Source: Oscillospiraceae bacterium
Lineage (GTDB): Bacteria; Bacillota; Clostridia; Oscillospirales; Ruminococcaceae
Direction: 5' to 3'
Length of the DNA stretch: 24,000 nt
Assembly (NCBI GenBank): GCA_036635475.1
Contig: JAVWQH010000014.1
Location: 26,594-50,593, forward strand
In this document: one piece after another, positions 23,614-24,000 of the stretch
Layout: every line of letters begins with the position of its first letter
Numbering within the stretch: the first letter of the stretch is position 1
Position numbers and translations under genes: made by a program
Notes under the pieces: generated by a model
The model's input: the letters and a program-made list of their open reading frames with translations, nothing else
What the model was told of the DNA's origin: nothing
The model's database searches: none

Positions 23614-24000
23614 ATGAATTACAAAATTGGAGATACAGTTGGAGTGTCCGTATATGAATTATACCAACACTTTGGAACTCACTTAAACGATTGTACAATT
23701 AAGGTTTATAAGGAATCAGACACACAAAAAGAACGGTTTTATTACGATTTATTCACTTCAGGCTGTATTTTCGCCTGTTGCGATGGAGAAGAAGCTGAGG
23801 TTATTGGAATAGGAAACAACCGATATTTTCTAAAAAGTAAAGAAGAAGAGCGTGATGTCATCTTTTCACTGACAAAAGAGGAGCTTGGTGTTGCCAATTT
23901 CATAGTTAATTCTGTGGGTGATACTAATGATGATATTACATATATGTGTAGAGAATGCAAAAAGGATTTCACCGACCCAGAAATTGATTTCGATTTAGAA
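23614..24000 (+). CDS. hypothetical protein, 3' partial (runs off the window end)
   Basis: GGAAAGGAA SD and ATG 23614. The frame stays open for 129 codons to the window edge (MNYKIGDTVGVSVYELYQHF...). The minus ORF 23742..23972 is its shadow. Confidence 0.7.
   Translation, partial: MNYKIGDTVGVSVYELYQHFGTHLNDCTIKVYKESDTQKERFYYDLFTSGCIFACCDGEEAEVIGIGNNRYFLKSKEEERDVIFSLTKEELGVANFIVNSVGDTNDDITYMCRECKKDFTDPEIDFDLE

Noticed and set aside
138-23972. Many track ORFs lie antisense to, or nested inside, longer genes. They are 138..323, 2603..2821, 3902..4090, 4399..4869, 7181..7366, 9159..9470, 9409..9606, 9570..9854, 11186..11458, 11244..11429, 11394..11588 and 12851..13054. The list continues with 13640..13930, 14461..14688, 14701..14904, 14790..15014, 17157..17348, 18412..18597, 18601..19005, 19579..19842, 20216..20437, 20375..20611, 22222..22512, 23083..23289 and 23742..23972.
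   Set aside because: They have no SD at the proper distance and low-complexity or Cys/Ser/Leu/Phe-rich translations. Each overlaps a better-supported gene with an SD, recognisable motifs or operon packing. They are typical shadow ORFs.
1-24000. Checked for CRISPR arrays, tRNA/rRNA genes, integrase or transposase (TnpA) genes, and stop-codon recoding.
   Set aside because: No regularly spaced repeats and no tRNA-like cloverleaf signatures were seen. No tyrosine or serine recombinase or Y1 HUH motifs were recognised in any ORF. Genes are dense and uninterrupted under the standard code, apart from the single TAA at 23325.

Overview
AT-rich window (about 25-35% GC in the coding lines I hand-counted). 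It reads like the early, regulatory and accessory region of a large temperate phage or phage-plasmid of a low-GC Firmicute. It uses the standard code, has tight SD-led operons, and shows no structural, integrase, rRNA or tRNA genes.

Layout:
(1) Leftward arm, 1-5670: an RdRP/YonO-like single-subunit RNA polymerase gene split by a group I intron, small ORFs, a free-standing GIY-YIG endonuclease, a KilAC-type antirepressor and a ParB-N-like peptide.
(2) A ~1.1-kb AT-rich coding desert bounded by terminators, 5.6-6.8 kb.
(3) Rightward arm: an RHH regulator plus a sigma-70-family factor, two tandem promoter-like repeats feeding a ~0.55-kb GC-enriched non-coding stretch, a lipoprotein, and a second RHH pair. 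A long operon of hypothetical genes follows. It includes an orphan N6-adenine methyltransferase, an intact IscB-type nuclease with an omega-RNA-like leader, and a beta sliding clamp.
(4) A divergent XRE (cI/Cro-like) switch with two perfect GTATTC-N5-GAATAC operators at 21.2-21.8 kb, followed by more small genes.

Most notable observations:
- The IscB plus structured upstream RNA sits inside a phage-like operon with no TnpA.
- An ORF-less group I intron sits exactly in the GG-DxDGD catalytic motif of the polymerase. Its splice sites are defined by contiguous P1/P10 pairing.
- A candidate large structured ncRNA lies at 8.04-8.59 kb.
- A ~25-39-nt motif is dispersed co-directionally with transcription.

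All homology statements come from motif recognition by eye. No database search was run.
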